From a virus: a DNA stretch of 64,000 nt. Both the position numbers and the translations under genes were made by a program. Positions 17,860 through 27,364 of this stretch are shown piece by piece (position 1 is the first letter of the stretch; each line of letters opens with the position of its first letter). The notes below the pieces were generated by a model that had not been told where the DNA came from, searched no databases, and saw only the letters and a list, made by a program, of their open reading frames with translations. Location of the stretch: IMG/VR virus record IMGVR_UViG_3300022562_001652, positions 1 to 64,000 of that record. One strand, 5' to 3'.

Positions 17860-17937
17860 GCATGCCTACAAGCTAGCCGTTCGCGAGTCGCGAGCCGTCG
17901 TGCAAGGCCTCATCGCGCATGTGTCCCCTCATCGGAC

Positions 17938-18081
17938 TCATCGGGCTGCCCACCAGACCGTCGCCATAGCCCCTACCATCAAGACGGTGATGACGAGCGT
18001 TCGCCAGTCGAACATAGACACCTTCTTCGGCTTCGGCATCTTTTGAATGTACAAGATACGCCCCATCTTGTTGTTCTTCAT
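17938..18081 (-). CDS. Small membrane protein
   Basis: 47 aa ORF not in the track (MKNNKMGR...WRTLVITVLMVGAMATVWWAAR); ATGA-coupled; one hydrophobic segment. Confidence 0.5.
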   Translation of the reverse strand: MKNNKMGRILYIQKMPKPKKVSMFDWRTLVITVLMVGAMATVWWAAR

Positions 18082-18229
18082 CTCTTCTCTCCCGCAGCCT
18101 TCTCCCACTCATCGGCTATGCCCGGCCACGCAGCATACCAATCTACGTCTCTCCACTTCCGCACGCGCATGTACATGCGCCTTGCCTTGATCAGGGACCC
18201 TTTTTGTACAGCTACGCAGTCGACGACAC

Positions 18230-18484
18230 TCATCGCCTCTCCTCTCCCAGGAGATATTTCTTGAACTGCTCGGTTGCCTCGTCGCGATCGTGCTTCATGA
18301 AACGGTCGAACGGCACCCACCCCGCCTCGATCGCCACCACGATCATCGACAACGCCAACGAGAGCGCTAGAAACTCTGGAAACGTGTCAGCAAGATAATG
18401 GTTGAGAGTGTCTCCGTTCGTCAGAATCCACGTCCCGGGGCGCCAATCCGACCACTTGCTGTGCCACGGCGGTGCGTCGTTCAT
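18230..18484 (-). CDS. Small membrane protein
   Basis: Hydrophobic FLALSLALSMIVVAIEAGWV; C-terminus FMKHDRDEA echoes the neighbouring gene (FMKHGRDEA). Confidence 0.5.
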   Translation of the reverse strand: MNDAPPWHSKWSDWRPGTWILTNGDTLNHYLADTFPEFLALSLALSMIVVAIEAGWVPFDRFMKHDRDEATEQFKKYLLGEERR

Positions 18485-18783
18485 CTCGGCTCCAGGTATT
18501 TCTTGAGTTGTGCGCGCTCGCGGTCGATCGCCTCGTCGCGACCGTGCTTCATGAAGTGATCGTGGCTCCGCTTCCGCATCCGGGGCTTGTGCCGCTCGAA
18601 GAAGTCGCTGTTGTTCCGATTGATGAGACGTAGGCCGGGAGCTGAGATCACACGCTCAGCCACGCTGCCACACTGTTTGCACGGCCTCTCCGTCGCAGCG
18701 ATCTCCTCCTCTCCCTGTGCTAGGAATTCGAAGCGAAGATTACAGGACGAACACAGAAACTCGATCATGCGAAGAGCCATCAT
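18481..18783 (-). CDS. FmdB-like zinc ribbon protein
   Basis: MIEFLCSSCNLRFE...CKQCGSVAERVISAP. Confidence 0.75.
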   Translation of the reverse strand: MMALRMIEFLCSSCNLRFEFLAQGEEEIAATERPCKQCGSVAERVISAPGLRLINRNNSDFFERHKPRMRKRSHDHFMKHGRDEAIDRERAQLKKYLEPR

Positions 18784-19082
18784 GTCCTCACTTTCTTCTG
18801 CATCCTCTTCACTATCGAAGCGGGGCACACCTTGTGCTCGAACCAATGTGTCCCTCCTCTCTCCTTCTCAATTCCTTGCCCCGCTTCGATGAACTCTCCA
18901 CATCGAAAGCACCTACCCCTGTGCGTTTCCGCAGAGCGATAGCGAAAGGGACCGAAGAGGGGGTCGTGCGCCTCTTCCCACGCTGTAACGATGATCGGAT
19001 TCTTCCACGCTTCGACCTCAGCGAGCAACTTGCCCACATACTCGCGTAGAAGCTCTGCTGCCAGCGTCTCTACATCTATCAT
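18780..19082 (-). CDS. Hypothetical Zn-finger protein
   Basis: GRCFRCGEFIEAGQ...HKVC. Confidence 0.6.
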   Translation of the reverse strand: MIDVETLAAELLREYVGKLLAEVEAWKNPIIVTAWEEAHDPLFGPFRYRSAETHRGRCFRCGEFIEAGQGIEKERGGTHWFEHKVCPASIVKRMQKKVRT

Positions 19083-19120
19083 CTTTCCCTACCTCTTTCG
19101 CAAGAGGCTGAAGAACCCCT

Positions 19121-19309
19121 TTATTCTACACACCTGCAGAACGGAATATAAAGGGTATCACCAACAAACCCCTCTCCTTCAAGAAGCACGCCATGACGCC
19201 ACCCGCAGCGGACTGTTACATGCTGTCTGTGCTCATCGATTTTCCTTTTTTCGGTAACGAACTGATGGGAACCGATCTGCGTCGAACTCATTTCTTTTTC
19301 CTGTGTCAT
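19121..19309 (-). CDS. Small hypothetical protein
   Basis: GGAGAG RBS; fills the gap in the operon. Confidence 0.45.
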   Translation of the reverse strand: MTQEKEMSSTQIGSHQFVTEKRKIDEHRQHVTVRCGWRHGVLLEGEGFVGDTLYIPFCRCVE

Positions 19310-19325
19310 CTCTCTCCCTCTCTTC

Positions 19326-19778
19326 TTAGAGTTTATCGCGCTTCGCGACGACCTTCAAACCAGGAGCATCTGCGTACCGCTTCTTTATTAGAGCGCACGA
19401 CACCTGAGCATCGTCTTTGTAGACAATCGACGTAAGAGCATCGAGGATCATGCGCGTGAGCTTGTCCACGTCCGGCTTGGCGGTGGGAATGGGAGGAGCG
19501 TCGTCCCGCATGACCTTCGACCTCTTCCCCGTGTAGAAGTGCTTCTTGGGCCGCACGCTGAGGAACGTGAGGTACAGACGTACTGGCCCTTCCGTCATCT
19601 CGTCCCCGTCCATCGCAGCTTCCGCCGCCACGGACACACGAGCCTTCCAGTCTGAGTGCCCTTTGTCGAGGCTCCGCTGGAAACGTCTCCCGTCCTTCCG
19701 AACCCCGGAGATCAGTGTTCCCTTCGGCTTGGCGACCCCGGGAACGAAGAACTCGATCCTCCTCATCTTCGAACCCAT
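19326..19778 (-). CDS. rusA: RusA-family Holliday junction resolvase
   Basis: VPGVAKPKG...KPDVDKLTRMILDALTSIVYKDDAQV. Confidence 0.92.
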   Translation of the reverse strand: MGSKMRRIEFFVPGVAKPKGTLISGVRKDGRRFQRSLDKGHSDWKARVSVAAEAAMDGDEMTEGPVRLYLTFLSVRPKKHFYTGKRSKVMRDDAPPIPTAKPDVDKLTRMILDALTSIVYKDDAQVSCALIKKRYADAPGLKVVAKRDKL

Positions 19779-20392
19779 TCCGTCCTCCACACGTTGTCCT
19801 CCCTCGTCATCTCTCGGTGCAGGCCTTCCGGGTTCAGCTCCACCTCGATGACGTACCTACCAGGATAAACGTCCGTCACGTCGAGCCACTGACAGAGCAA
19901 TTTATGGCCATACACGTCTGCCCACCCTACCGAAATGCCCTGCTCGTCGCACGTATATCGGGCCTCGGAAGTCCCGATCACGCGCTCGTCGTCTCGCAGG
20001 CAGAACGACTGCTTGTGAGTGGAAACCACCTCTTCGCCGTCCTCCTCCCGAAGAAGACGGTAGTCGGCCATGCCTTTGATGTGGACGTGTCCATGCGTCG
20101 GAGAGATCTCACCCAACGTCGGATCGGCGAGAAAGTCGACGGATCCTACGTTAACGATCGCCACGTCGAAGGTGAGGAGCTCGCGGATGCCGAGCTTGGC
20201 GCAGCCTTCGACGTCCACTGACGACCCAGGAAACACTCTGAAGGAGACCAGAGTAGGGGGCGCCATCATCAACGAAGCAGCCGGAACAAGGTTCGGGAGC
20301 TGGGCAGCATCGAACACGGCCGAGGCGTCGGGGAAAGAAACGACCTCGCTCCCCCCGCATGCTGCCAGGAAGATGGGCAGGAGACTACGCAT
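19763..20392 (-). CDS. Lysyl oxidase family lipoprotein
   Basis: Lipobox-like LLPIFLAAC; LLTFDVAIVNVGSVDF, HGHVH Cu site, HKQSFCLRD, YTC..QGISVGWADVY, CQWLDVTDVYPGRY, ELNP...E...DN. Confidence 0.9.
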   Translation of the reverse strand: MRSLLPIFLAACGGSEVVSFPDASAVFDAAQLPNLVPAASLMMAPPTLVSFRVFPGSSVDVEGCAKLGIRELLTFDVAIVNVGSVDFLADPTLGEISPTHGHVHIKGMADYRLLREEDGEEVVSTHKQSFCLRDDERVIGTSEARYTCDEQGISVGWADVYGHKLLCQWLDVTDVYPGRYVIEVELNPEGLHREMTREDNVWRTEWVRR

Positions 20393-20693
20393 CCGGCAAC
20401 ACGACTCCGTCAGCCAAGGCTATCTTCAGATCGGGATCGGAGAAGAGCTTCTTGTACAGAGCGTCAGGATAGGAATAGGTGACACTTACAGTCATTCTTC
20501 CTTGAAGGTCACGCATCTCCTCCTGCTTGACACTCACGATCTCAATATGATCGACCATGCTATGCAGTGATTCGTCCTCGAGCTGCAAGCGGAGCCAGTT
20601 CTTATGCTCCTCGAGCTGTACCTTCGCGTCCTCGAACATGTCGGCCAGGTTCATCTTCCTCATCGCACCCTCCTTTTCCGTTATCTGAACCAA
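20385..20693 (-). CDS. Hypothetical protein
   Basis: Operonic ORF; GGAGGG RBS before an internal ATG. Confidence 0.55.
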   Translation of the reverse strand: MVQITEKEGAMRKMNLADMFEDAKVQLEEHKNWLRLQLEDESLHSMVDHIEIVSVKQEEMRDLQGRMTVSVTYSYPDALYKKLFSDPDLKIALADGVVLPDA

Positions 20694-21364
20694 TGCTTCA
20701 GTGAATGCTCACAGATCTCGTCGACCTCACGTTCGGTGGCTCTCCTTGGTTCAGCAGAGATCCATCCCTGCCCCACCGGCCAAAACACCTTCGCGTGCTC
20801 TCTGTCCTCCCGAAACGTTCGATGCACCACCGTCACCGTCCCCGCGATGCAGGAAGTCCTGTGGATCTCCTCAGCCTTCTGGGAATAGCATGTCCCCGCC
20901 TCATAGATCCCGTCGGAAGTGCCGCTAGACAAAGAAACGTGTCCAAGATGGATCATCTTCCCCGGGTCTCTGAACTGCGCCACCCTCACCTTCTCGTCCT
21001 CGATAGGACCGCATAGGATCTCCTTGGTCATGTGAGGCAGGCAAACAGGAGAAGGTGGTCCTTCCACGTAGAGACGGTTCGAAAGGCGTCCTGCGATCAC
21101 GAATGACGTGAAGTCCCACGGGTGTGTATGGATGTCGGAAACGTTGGAAACACGAAAACGAGCATCCCACACATGGAGATGCACATCCTCTGAAATGTAA
21201 GTACGCAGCACGCCGAAACCTTGAAGGCTCCACTGGTACTCGCGTCTGTTCATCAAGATGCGTTTTGCTTGGACGATTATCTTCTCTTGGATACCTCGCA
21301 GGTCTCCGAATGTTTCCGCTCCTACGCTCACCAGCGTACGCAGGCCTTCATTTTCCGTACTCAT
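20681..21364 (-). CDS. Cupin-fold (double-stranded beta-helix) protein
   Basis: LHVW...DIHTHPWDFTSFVIAG...EIHRT...GTVTVV. Confidence 0.7.
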   Translation of the reverse strand: MSTENEGLRTLVSVGAETFGDLRGIQEKIIVQAKRILMNRREYQWSLQGFGVLRTYISEDVHLHVWDARFRVSNVSDIHTHPWDFTSFVIAGRLSNRLYVEGPPSPVCLPHMTKEILCGPIEDEKVRVAQFRDPGKMIHLGHVSLSSGTSDGIYEAGTCYSQKAEEIHRTSCIAGTVTVVHRTFREDREHAKVFWPVGQGWISAEPRRATEREVDEICEHSLKHWFR

Positions 21365-21987
21365 CTTCTCCCTTCCTCCTTCTTCAGAAGGACCCTCTTC
21401 ATGTCTTCAATTACTTTTCCTCCTTCTTCGTCCTTCTTCAGAAACGACGCTACCTTCTTCAGATCTTCTACGACCTCCCCCGACATCTTCGGATTGCGAA
21501 GTATGTAGGCGGGGTGGTACGTGGCGAACGTATAGTGCCCCCACAGACCCCACATCACTTGACGAGCCTCAGAGATGGGTTTGCTGAGAAGGAACGAAGA
21601 GGCCACGCCCCCCAGAAGAACTATGACCCTGGGTTTCACGGCAGTTACCTGTTCCTCCAGATAGGGCACGCATGCCTTCAGCTCCTCATCCGTCGGATTG
21701 CGGTTGCCGGGCGGTCTGGCCTTCACCATGTTCGCGACGTAGCACATGTCGCGGGATAGACCAGCCACGCGAAGCACCGAATCCAGAAGCTTGCCTGAAG
21801 GACCGACGAAGGGTCTTCCTTCCTGATCCTCCTTCTCGCCTGGTGCTTCTCCGATCACGAAGATGTCCGCGTCTGGTGAACCGGAGCCGAACACGACCTT
21901 GTTCGCACCACGACAGAGACCACAGCTGGAACATCCCTTCACTAGTCCTCGTGTCTCACGAAGAAGCCACACGCTATCGGAGCTCAT
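21361..21987 (-). CDS. udg: Uracil-DNA glycosylase family 4 (Fe-S type)
   Basis: CSSCGLC, VIGEAPGEKEDQEGRPFVGPSG, NMVKARPPGNRNP, ATYHPAYILRN. Confidence 0.95.
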   Translation of the reverse strand: MSSDSVWLLRETRGLVKGCSSCGLCRGANKVVFGSGSPDADIFVIGEAPGEKEDQEGRPFVGPSGKLLDSVLRVAGLSRDMCYVANMVKARPPGNRNPTDEELKACVPYLEEQVTAVKPRVIVLLGGVASSFLLSKPISEARQVMWGLWGHYTFATYHPAYILRNPKMSGEVVEDLKKVASFLKKDEEGGKVIEDMKRVLLKKEEGRR

Positions 21988-23750
21988 CTCGACACCCACC
22001 ATGTAGACACCAACATCCGGGTCGCTCCCTTCTCTTTGATCATGCGTACGATCCCATCGAAGGCGTCCATCGACAAGTCGTCGCGATGAGTGATCAGGAA
22101 CACAGCCTTCTCCTTCGCCTGCTTCCTTAGAAGACTGAGAACACGTCCCGAAGCAACGGAGTCTAGGTTGTCGAACACCTCGTCGTAGAAGACCGCGTTG
22201 GTGGCGAACTTACCCGCCATCACGTGCTGGATAGCCGTCCCCGCCACGATGTCGATCAAGGCCTTCTCCCCCTGACTGCTGGCCTCGTAGTTCTGAGCTC
22301 CGTAGCTCGAGCTGATCCCCACGCCGAGCTCCTCCCTACCTCTCTTCAGGATGCCAGTGTCGAACGACACACGCGTCACCCCTTCTGAAAGTATCTGAGC
22401 AACCTCCTTGGCCTTCCGATCCAGCTCAGGAACGGCGTGTTCGATCGAAGCCACCACGAGCTCAGGAGAGAACGAGTTCTCAAGGAGAAGCAAGGACGCC
22501 ACCTTCTTCTCCTCCGTTCGTGCACGAATCTTGGTCGTCTTCACGAGGCCTCGCGTGTTCTTCACGATGCTTTGTAATTTTCGAAGCCGAGGAGCGAAGT
22601 CATATCTCTCCTCCAAGAGTTCTTGTTCTCGCTCCGCAAGTCTGATCTGCAACATCGTCTTCTCGAGCTTCGCGAGATCCTCTTCGTGACGCCTCGCCAA
22701 GGACATCGTCTTCGAAACGATTGCCGTTAGCTTCGAGATCACATTAGTCTGCTTCCTTCGCTCTTCAGACAGACTGGCTACTCTTTCTCGTTGCTGTATC
22801 TTCTGTTCTTCTGACCAAGAGATCTTGGAACCACAGAGAGAGCATGTAGCTTTCGCGAACATGTCGAGGGTACGTTCAGCGTCCGTTATCTGCGTACCAG
22901 CCTTCTCGAGCCTCGAAGAGGCTCGAGCGATGCGGTTCTCTAGGTCACGAAGCTTTCCCTTCCACTCTTCCAGGCTGTCGCGGGTCTCACGAAGATGTCG
23001 AATCACGCGCCTCTTCTTGGCTATGATCTTTAGCAGCTTGCTCATCCGTTCTTCGTCGACGCCGTGAGCAGATGCCTCTGCTCTGTACTCGCGCAGTTCT
23101 TCCCGCGCCTCTCTCAGTCTCTCTACGGTGGCACTGTGATCCCGAGCAGCTTCGTCTCGAAGAAACTCAGCCCTTCGTCTTTCCTCCTTGACCAACAGAG
23201 ACGCCTTCTCGTACAGAGAAGCTCCAACAGCATCGTCGAGAATCGCGCGTCTCTCCTTAGGGGAGAGCGACGTGAACTTGAGAGTGCTCGAGCCGCCGAA
23301 CACCACGGCCGAGCAAAACATCTTGAGGTCGGCCCCCAGGAGCCCTTCTATCTTCTTCTGCGTCTCCGCGATGGAAGGCCCCGACACATCCTCTGTCCCA
23401 CGACGTAGCGAGAGACGGCTCTTCCTGGGCGACAGGAACCGTGTCCGCTCCACCGTGTACTTCGCCCCATCCTCTACTTCGAGTGAGACAGACACCTGAG
23501 CAGCAGAAGATCCTGTCCGCACCACAGCGTCGGTGTTAGATATGTCTCGAAGTGTTCGTCCGAACAGGCACCAAAGGATCGCCTCGTACAGGGTGCTCTT
23601 CCCGCTCCCATTAGATTTCTTGCAGCTGGCTTCGTCCCTGTTCTCACCCTCCACCAGGAAGAAGCCACGCTTTGGAAGCTGGAAGTCTACACCTGCTACG
23701 GAGAAAAAGTCCTGAATGGAAACCGAGTTGATTGTGGTGGGCTTCCTCAT
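21984..23750 (-). CDS. sbcC: SbcC/Rad50-like (gp46-like) ATPase
   Basis: SNGSGKST Walker A, long coiled coil with CSLC hook, SQGE signature, FYDEVFDNLD, LITH. Confidence 0.92.
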   Translation of the reverse strand: MRKPTTINSVSIQDFFSVAGVDFQLPKRGFFLVEGENRDEASCKKSNGSGKSTLYEAILWCLFGRTLRDISNTDAVVRTGSSAAQVSVSLEVEDGAKYTVERTRFLSPRKSRLSLRRGTEDVSGPSIAETQKKIEGLLGADLKMFCSAVVFGGSSTLKFTSLSPKERRAILDDAVGASLYEKASLLVKEERRRAEFLRDEAARDHSATVERLREAREELREYRAEASAHGVDEERMSKLLKIIAKKRRVIRHLRETRDSLEEWKGKLRDLENRIARASSRLEKAGTQITDAERTLDMFAKATCSLCGSKISWSEEQKIQQRERVASLSEERRKQTNVISKLTAIVSKTMSLARRHEEDLAKLEKTMLQIRLAEREQELLEERYDFAPRLRKLQSIVKNTRGLVKTTKIRARTEEKKVASLLLLENSFSPELVVASIEHAVPELDRKAKEVAQILSEGVTRVSFDTGILKRGREELGVGISSSYGAQNYEASSQGEKALIDIVAGTAIQHVMAGKFATNAVFYDEVFDNLDSVASGRVLSLLRKQAKEKAVFLITHRDDLSMDAFDGIVRMIKEKGATRMLVSTWWVSR

Positions 23751-24103
23751 GAACAGCTCGGATGGAGACGGTGGGCGTCTTGCATGAAAGTGTCTTCTCT
23801 GAGATCGAACCCAAACATGACGTAGGACCACCCACATGGACAACTAGCTAGAAGTCCTCCTGCTGCCTTCCTTATCTTGAAAGCTCTTCGAGCTGTCTCA
23901 GCAGAATGGGATGCGCCGCCTTCTCTAGCTTCGACAGCGAGGACAGATCGCGACTCGTTTCCTTCCGCAACCAGGACAGGCGTGCCCCTGGCTTCGCGCA
24001 GAAGTTCGGAGGACCGACGCACTTTCCGCTCAGAAGGCCGATCCACCCAGGACCGAGAGAACAGCTTACGCAACGACCGAAGTCCAGAGCTTCCCTTCCC
24101 CAT
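23747..24103 (-). CDS. Hypothetical protein
   Basis: GGAGG RBS; ATGA coupling to sbcC. Confidence 0.45.
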   Translation of the reverse strand: MGKGSSGLRSLRKLFSRSWVDRPSERKVRRSSELLREARGTPVLVAEGNESRSVLAVEAREGGASHSAETARRAFKIRKAAGGLLASCPCGWSYVMFGFDLREDTFMQDAHRLHPSCS

Positions 24104-24125
24104 CGTCTTCTTCGCCTCCCCCTCC

Positions 24126-24482
24126 TCAAGAAGCCCCCGCCTCCACGCCCTTCCTGCACTCGCGGCACAAGCCCGTCAGGGACACCACCATCGAAGGCAG
24201 GCAGCATCTGACGCACATGGCGCGCAGATAGGCGTCTCTAGAGCTAGCCATAGGGTGTGGCCACGGCCCATTGAAGAGTTCCCGAAGCCACCGACGCTGT
24301 ATCCTTCGTCTCAAGCGGTAGCGGCTTTGTCCGATCATCGGCATCTCCTCTGCACTAAGCCAACGAACCAACGGAACTTTGGTCTGGTACGTGAGGACGC
24401 GAAGCGTCGCCTCGAGCGACTCCACGCGCAGCACACGCGGATCCACATGGTAGAAGGCCTTGCATCTACGACGACGAGACAA
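24126..24482 (-). CDS. Hypothetical Arg-rich protein with Cys cluster
   Basis: Operonic ORF; CVRC...CREC. Confidence 0.45.
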   Translation of the reverse strand: MSRRRRCKAFYHVDPRVLRVESLEATLRVLTYQTKVPLVRWLSAEEMPMIGQSRYRLRRRIQRRWLRELFNGPWPHPMASSRDAYLRAMCVRCCLPSMVVSLTGLCRECRKGVEAGAS

Positions 24483-24483
24483 C

Positions 24484-25584
24484 TCATACCTCTGAAGCTT
24501 TGCTGAGAAACAACCTTCCCATGTCGAGCAGATCTTTCTTCGAGAGGCCTTTCTCGGCTATCTCCTCTTCCTTCGTCTCTAGAAGAGCTGCCAACGCCTG
24601 TCTTGGAGGAATGCTTGGGTCGACAGAGAACCGCTCTTTCCTATTCTCGTCTTCCTCCTTCTGCCTCGGAATCGTCTTCCAAGCCCGTGCCCCAGCATCT
24701 CGTAGACTCTCGGACACCACGTTCTCTTCTCCAGGAAGAACGTCGACGTCGACGAAGTTTCCGGCTACATCTTCCAGCACACCAGGAAGATCGAAGTCCA
24801 TAGATGATATCCGTAGAAACTTCGGGAGCCGGAGAGGTATCATCTCGAAAGTCAGGCTGTCCAGATCTACGACCATGAACCCCTTATCGTGGAGCTCGTC
24901 GATCGACGCCCGAGTAAACTCCATGGGCGAACCGATGTACCAGCCGTTTTCGATACCACGGATAGGCTGATGTGAGTGGTAGTGTCCCGACAAAACGAGG
25001 GGCCACTCGTTCCCGATTCGTTTCTTGGCGGAGATCGGCTCTCTAACCTCGTACTCTAAGTACGTACCTACCCGAGCTCCGAAGAAGCCAGCGTGGAATA
25101 CTGCGAGGCCTCTTTCTCTGGTCGTCTTCCTAGCGTCGTCGATCCTCTTCTGGAAGAGCGTGCGATCGTCGCAGTAGGAGAACCCGTGCATAGGGACGCC
25201 ACCGAGGTCCCACAAACCGAACCCTTCTCCTGGCGGAATAGCCTCTACGAGACCCGCAGATCGTAACGCTTCTACGGCGTGGATCATGCCTCCGCGATCG
25301 GCGTGATCGTGGTTACCATCTACCACGATCACCCGGATACCACGCTTCTTGTAGGCGGCAAGCTCGGCGACTACAAGGTTCAAAGCCTGCGTCGGAACCA
25401 TGCCTCTCTTGTGGAAGACGTCCCCTCCGATCACGACATGCTTGATGTCGTGCCTCTTGCAATAGCGGCGTGCCTTTTCGAACACTTTCAGGGTATCAAG
25501 TAATCGACTGTTCACCCCATCTACCAAGGTCGCGTGCTCCACGAACGGAAAAACGTGCACGTCGGAGAAGACCACGATCTTCAT
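24484..25584 (-). CDS. sbcD: SbcD/Mre11-like (gp47-like) nuclease
   Basis: FSDVH, GGDVFH, GNHDH, FH, SGHYH, YIGSP. Confidence 0.93.
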   Translation of the reverse strand: MKIVVFSDVHVFPFVEHATLVDGVNSRLLDTLKVFEKARRYCKRHDIKHVVIGGDVFHKRGMVPTQALNLVVAELAAYKKRGIRVIVVDGNHDHADRGGMIHAVEALRSAGLVEAIPPGEGFGLWDLGGVPMHGFSYCDDRTLFQKRIDDARKTTRERGLAVFHAGFFGARVGTYLEYEVREPISAKKRIGNEWPLVLSGHYHSHQPIRGIENGWYIGSPMEFTRASIDELHDKGFMVVDLDSLTFEMIPLRLPKFLRISSMDFDLPGVLEDVAGNFVDVDVLPGEENVVSESLRDAGARAWKTIPRQKEEDENRKERFSVDPSIPPRQALAALLETKEEEIAEKGLSKKDLLDMGRLFLSKASEV

Positions 25585-26081
25585 CAGGCTAGCTGGCTAA
25601 GAGGATGGAAATGCTCGTCAAATACGTCCGACATCGTGTTCTGAAACTCAGACACGTTGTCCACCGTATTCCACCATCTAACCACACCTGACGGATGAGG
25701 AATGATCGTCGCCCACGCCTTGAAAGCCTCGAGATACGTAAACGCCATGAAGGGAAGACGAAGGCCGAATGACAGAGCTACTCTCTTCCCGAGTAGGACG
25801 ACGAGAGTCGGAGACAGTCTCCTGATCCTACTAGCGACGAAGGGAGCCCTCCTCTTGGCCTTCGAGATCGAGAAGCAAGATCCCTTCCCTCCTCTCTCGT
25901 TGTGTCGAGTGGCAGGTCCTTGCCACTCGTTGAAGACGTTCAAGAAGACAGCCTGTTCTTGCAGGTTGGGCACGTCACGACAGAGACGAAGCAGACGCTG
26001 TCCCGACCACCCTTCAAAGCCTTTCTTCCCAGAAGGTCCAGGACACTCGCCCAAGAAGACGATCTTCTTCATCTTAGCCAT
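25584..26081 (-). CDS. UDG-superfamily protein (second, divergent)
   Basis: IVFLGECPG...SGQRL...FLNV...VVLLGKRVA...IPHPSG..RWWN. Confidence 0.75.
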   Translation of the reverse strand: MAKMKKIVFLGECPGPSGKKGFEGWSGQRLLRLCRDVPNLQEQAVFLNVFNEWQGPATRHNERGGKGSCFSISKAKRRAPFVASRIRRLSPTLVVLLGKRVALSFGLRLPFMAFTYLEAFKAWATIIPHPSGVVRWWNTVDNVSEFQNTMSDVFDEHFHPLSQLA

Positions 26082-26093
26082 ACCTCCAAAGCC

Positions 26094-27053
26094 TCACTCA
26101 GGGCTCTCCTCTTCTTCTCCTGCCTCACTAGGCCAGATAGCGTGCACACCCTCAGCAAATCGGCCTTCTAGAAAGACGTCGCGGAATGGAGGGGCTACCT
26201 TGTTCTTGATGCTTCGAACCCGACTCACCGAACCGATGGTCTTGGTTCCTTTCCTGATCTGCTTGATGACCCGAGCATCTAGACGAATGTCCGAGTAGTA
26301 ACGAAGCGCGTTGCCTCCCGTGGTCTGTTCGGGCGGCGGGCCGAAGCGAGAGAAGCCTCCGATCTTCACCCGAAGCTGGTTCACGAAGAGAACGGAGACC
26401 TCGTTCTCGTCGGCCAGCGCCTTCATCTTGCGGAGCGCTTGACTCATGAGACGAGCCTGGAGACCTATGTGTGAGTCTCCCATGTCGCCGCTCACTTCCA
26501 CCTCAGGAACCAAAGCAGCCACGCTGTCTACGATGGCGAGGCCCACGACGCGGTCCTTGATCAGGTAGTCGAGGAGACCGAGAGACTCCTCGGCCGTATT
26601 GGGCTGGTTGAAGAGGAAATGCCGAGGATCGAGAGAAACTCCGATGCGAACAGCGTAGGGGAGCTCGACGGCGTGCTCGGCGTCGATGTACACACAACGA
26701 TACCCAGCTCGCTGCGCAGCAGCGACGATATGGAGGCAGAGGGTGCTCTTCCACGCACCTTCCTTCCCACTGAGCTCGACGATCTTGCCGAGAGGGAACC
26801 CTTTCCCCGTCCCAGTCACGGTGCGTCCCTTCTCGTCCGTCTCACCCGTGAGCATGTCGTCCAGATGTGGGAATCCGGTAGAGAAGCACTTGACGGGAGC
26901 CACGGATCCAGAGAATCGCGCGAACGTATCCTTCCCGAACTTCTTCTCGATTCGCGCGAGAAGGGTTTTGTCCTTGTCGATCTCTGCTCTACGCGTTCGA
27001 ACGTGGTCCTTCCTAGCCTTGGTAATAGCCCTCTTAATCTCCGCTGCTGTCAC
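26094..27053 (-). CDS. recA: RecA-family recombinase
   Basis: YIDAEHA, IVDSVAALVP, IGLQARLMSQALRKM, FVNQLRVKIG, TTGGNALRYY, KNKVAPPF. Confidence 0.97.
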   Translation of the reverse strand: MTAAEIKRAITKARKDHVRTRRAEIDKDKTLLARIEKKFGKDTFARFSGSVAPVKCFSTGFPHLDDMLTGETDEKGRTVTGTGKGFPLGKIVELSGKEGAWKSTLCLHIVAAAQRAGYRCVYIDAEHAVELPYAVRIGVSLDPRHFLFNQPNTAEESLGLLDYLIKDRVVGLAIVDSVAALVPEVEVSGDMGDSHIGLQARLMSQALRKMKALADENEVSVLFVNQLRVKIGGFSRFGPPPEQTTGGNALRYYSDIRLDARVIKQIRKGTKTIGSVSRVRSIKNKVAPPFRDVFLEGRFAEGVHAIWPSEAGEEEESPE

Positions 27054-27068
27054 GACGGTGTCCTCCCT

Positions 27069-27362
27069 CTACAAATCAACTGCGCACTCGACGAGACGGA
27101 ACGCCCGCACGCGAGCTTGGGTATTGTATGAGACGATGCCCCTGAAACCCACGACAGGAGCATCCTCCTTAAACAAGGAAGCGATCTCCGCCTCAGCCTC
27201 CTTGAGAGATCTGTGGAGGAGGAGTTTTCCATCAATGTAGCTGTTACGTCGCCAAGAATCCGGCCAAACCCCATCGTGGCAACGTCTCCATTCGACGAGG
27301 TACATGATCACGTCGTCGATCTTTTCGAGTTTGAGCTCCTGTTCCTCTTCGGACGACGCCAT
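27069..27362 (-). CDS. Hypothetical protein
   Basis: AAGGAG RBS before ATG 27362. Confidence 0.55.
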   Translation of the reverse strand: MASSEEEQELKLEKIDDVIMYLVEWRRCHDGVWPDSWRRNSYIDGKLLLHRSLKEAEAEIASLFKEDAPVVGFRGIVSYNTQARVRAFRLVECAVDL

Positions 27363-27364
27363 CT

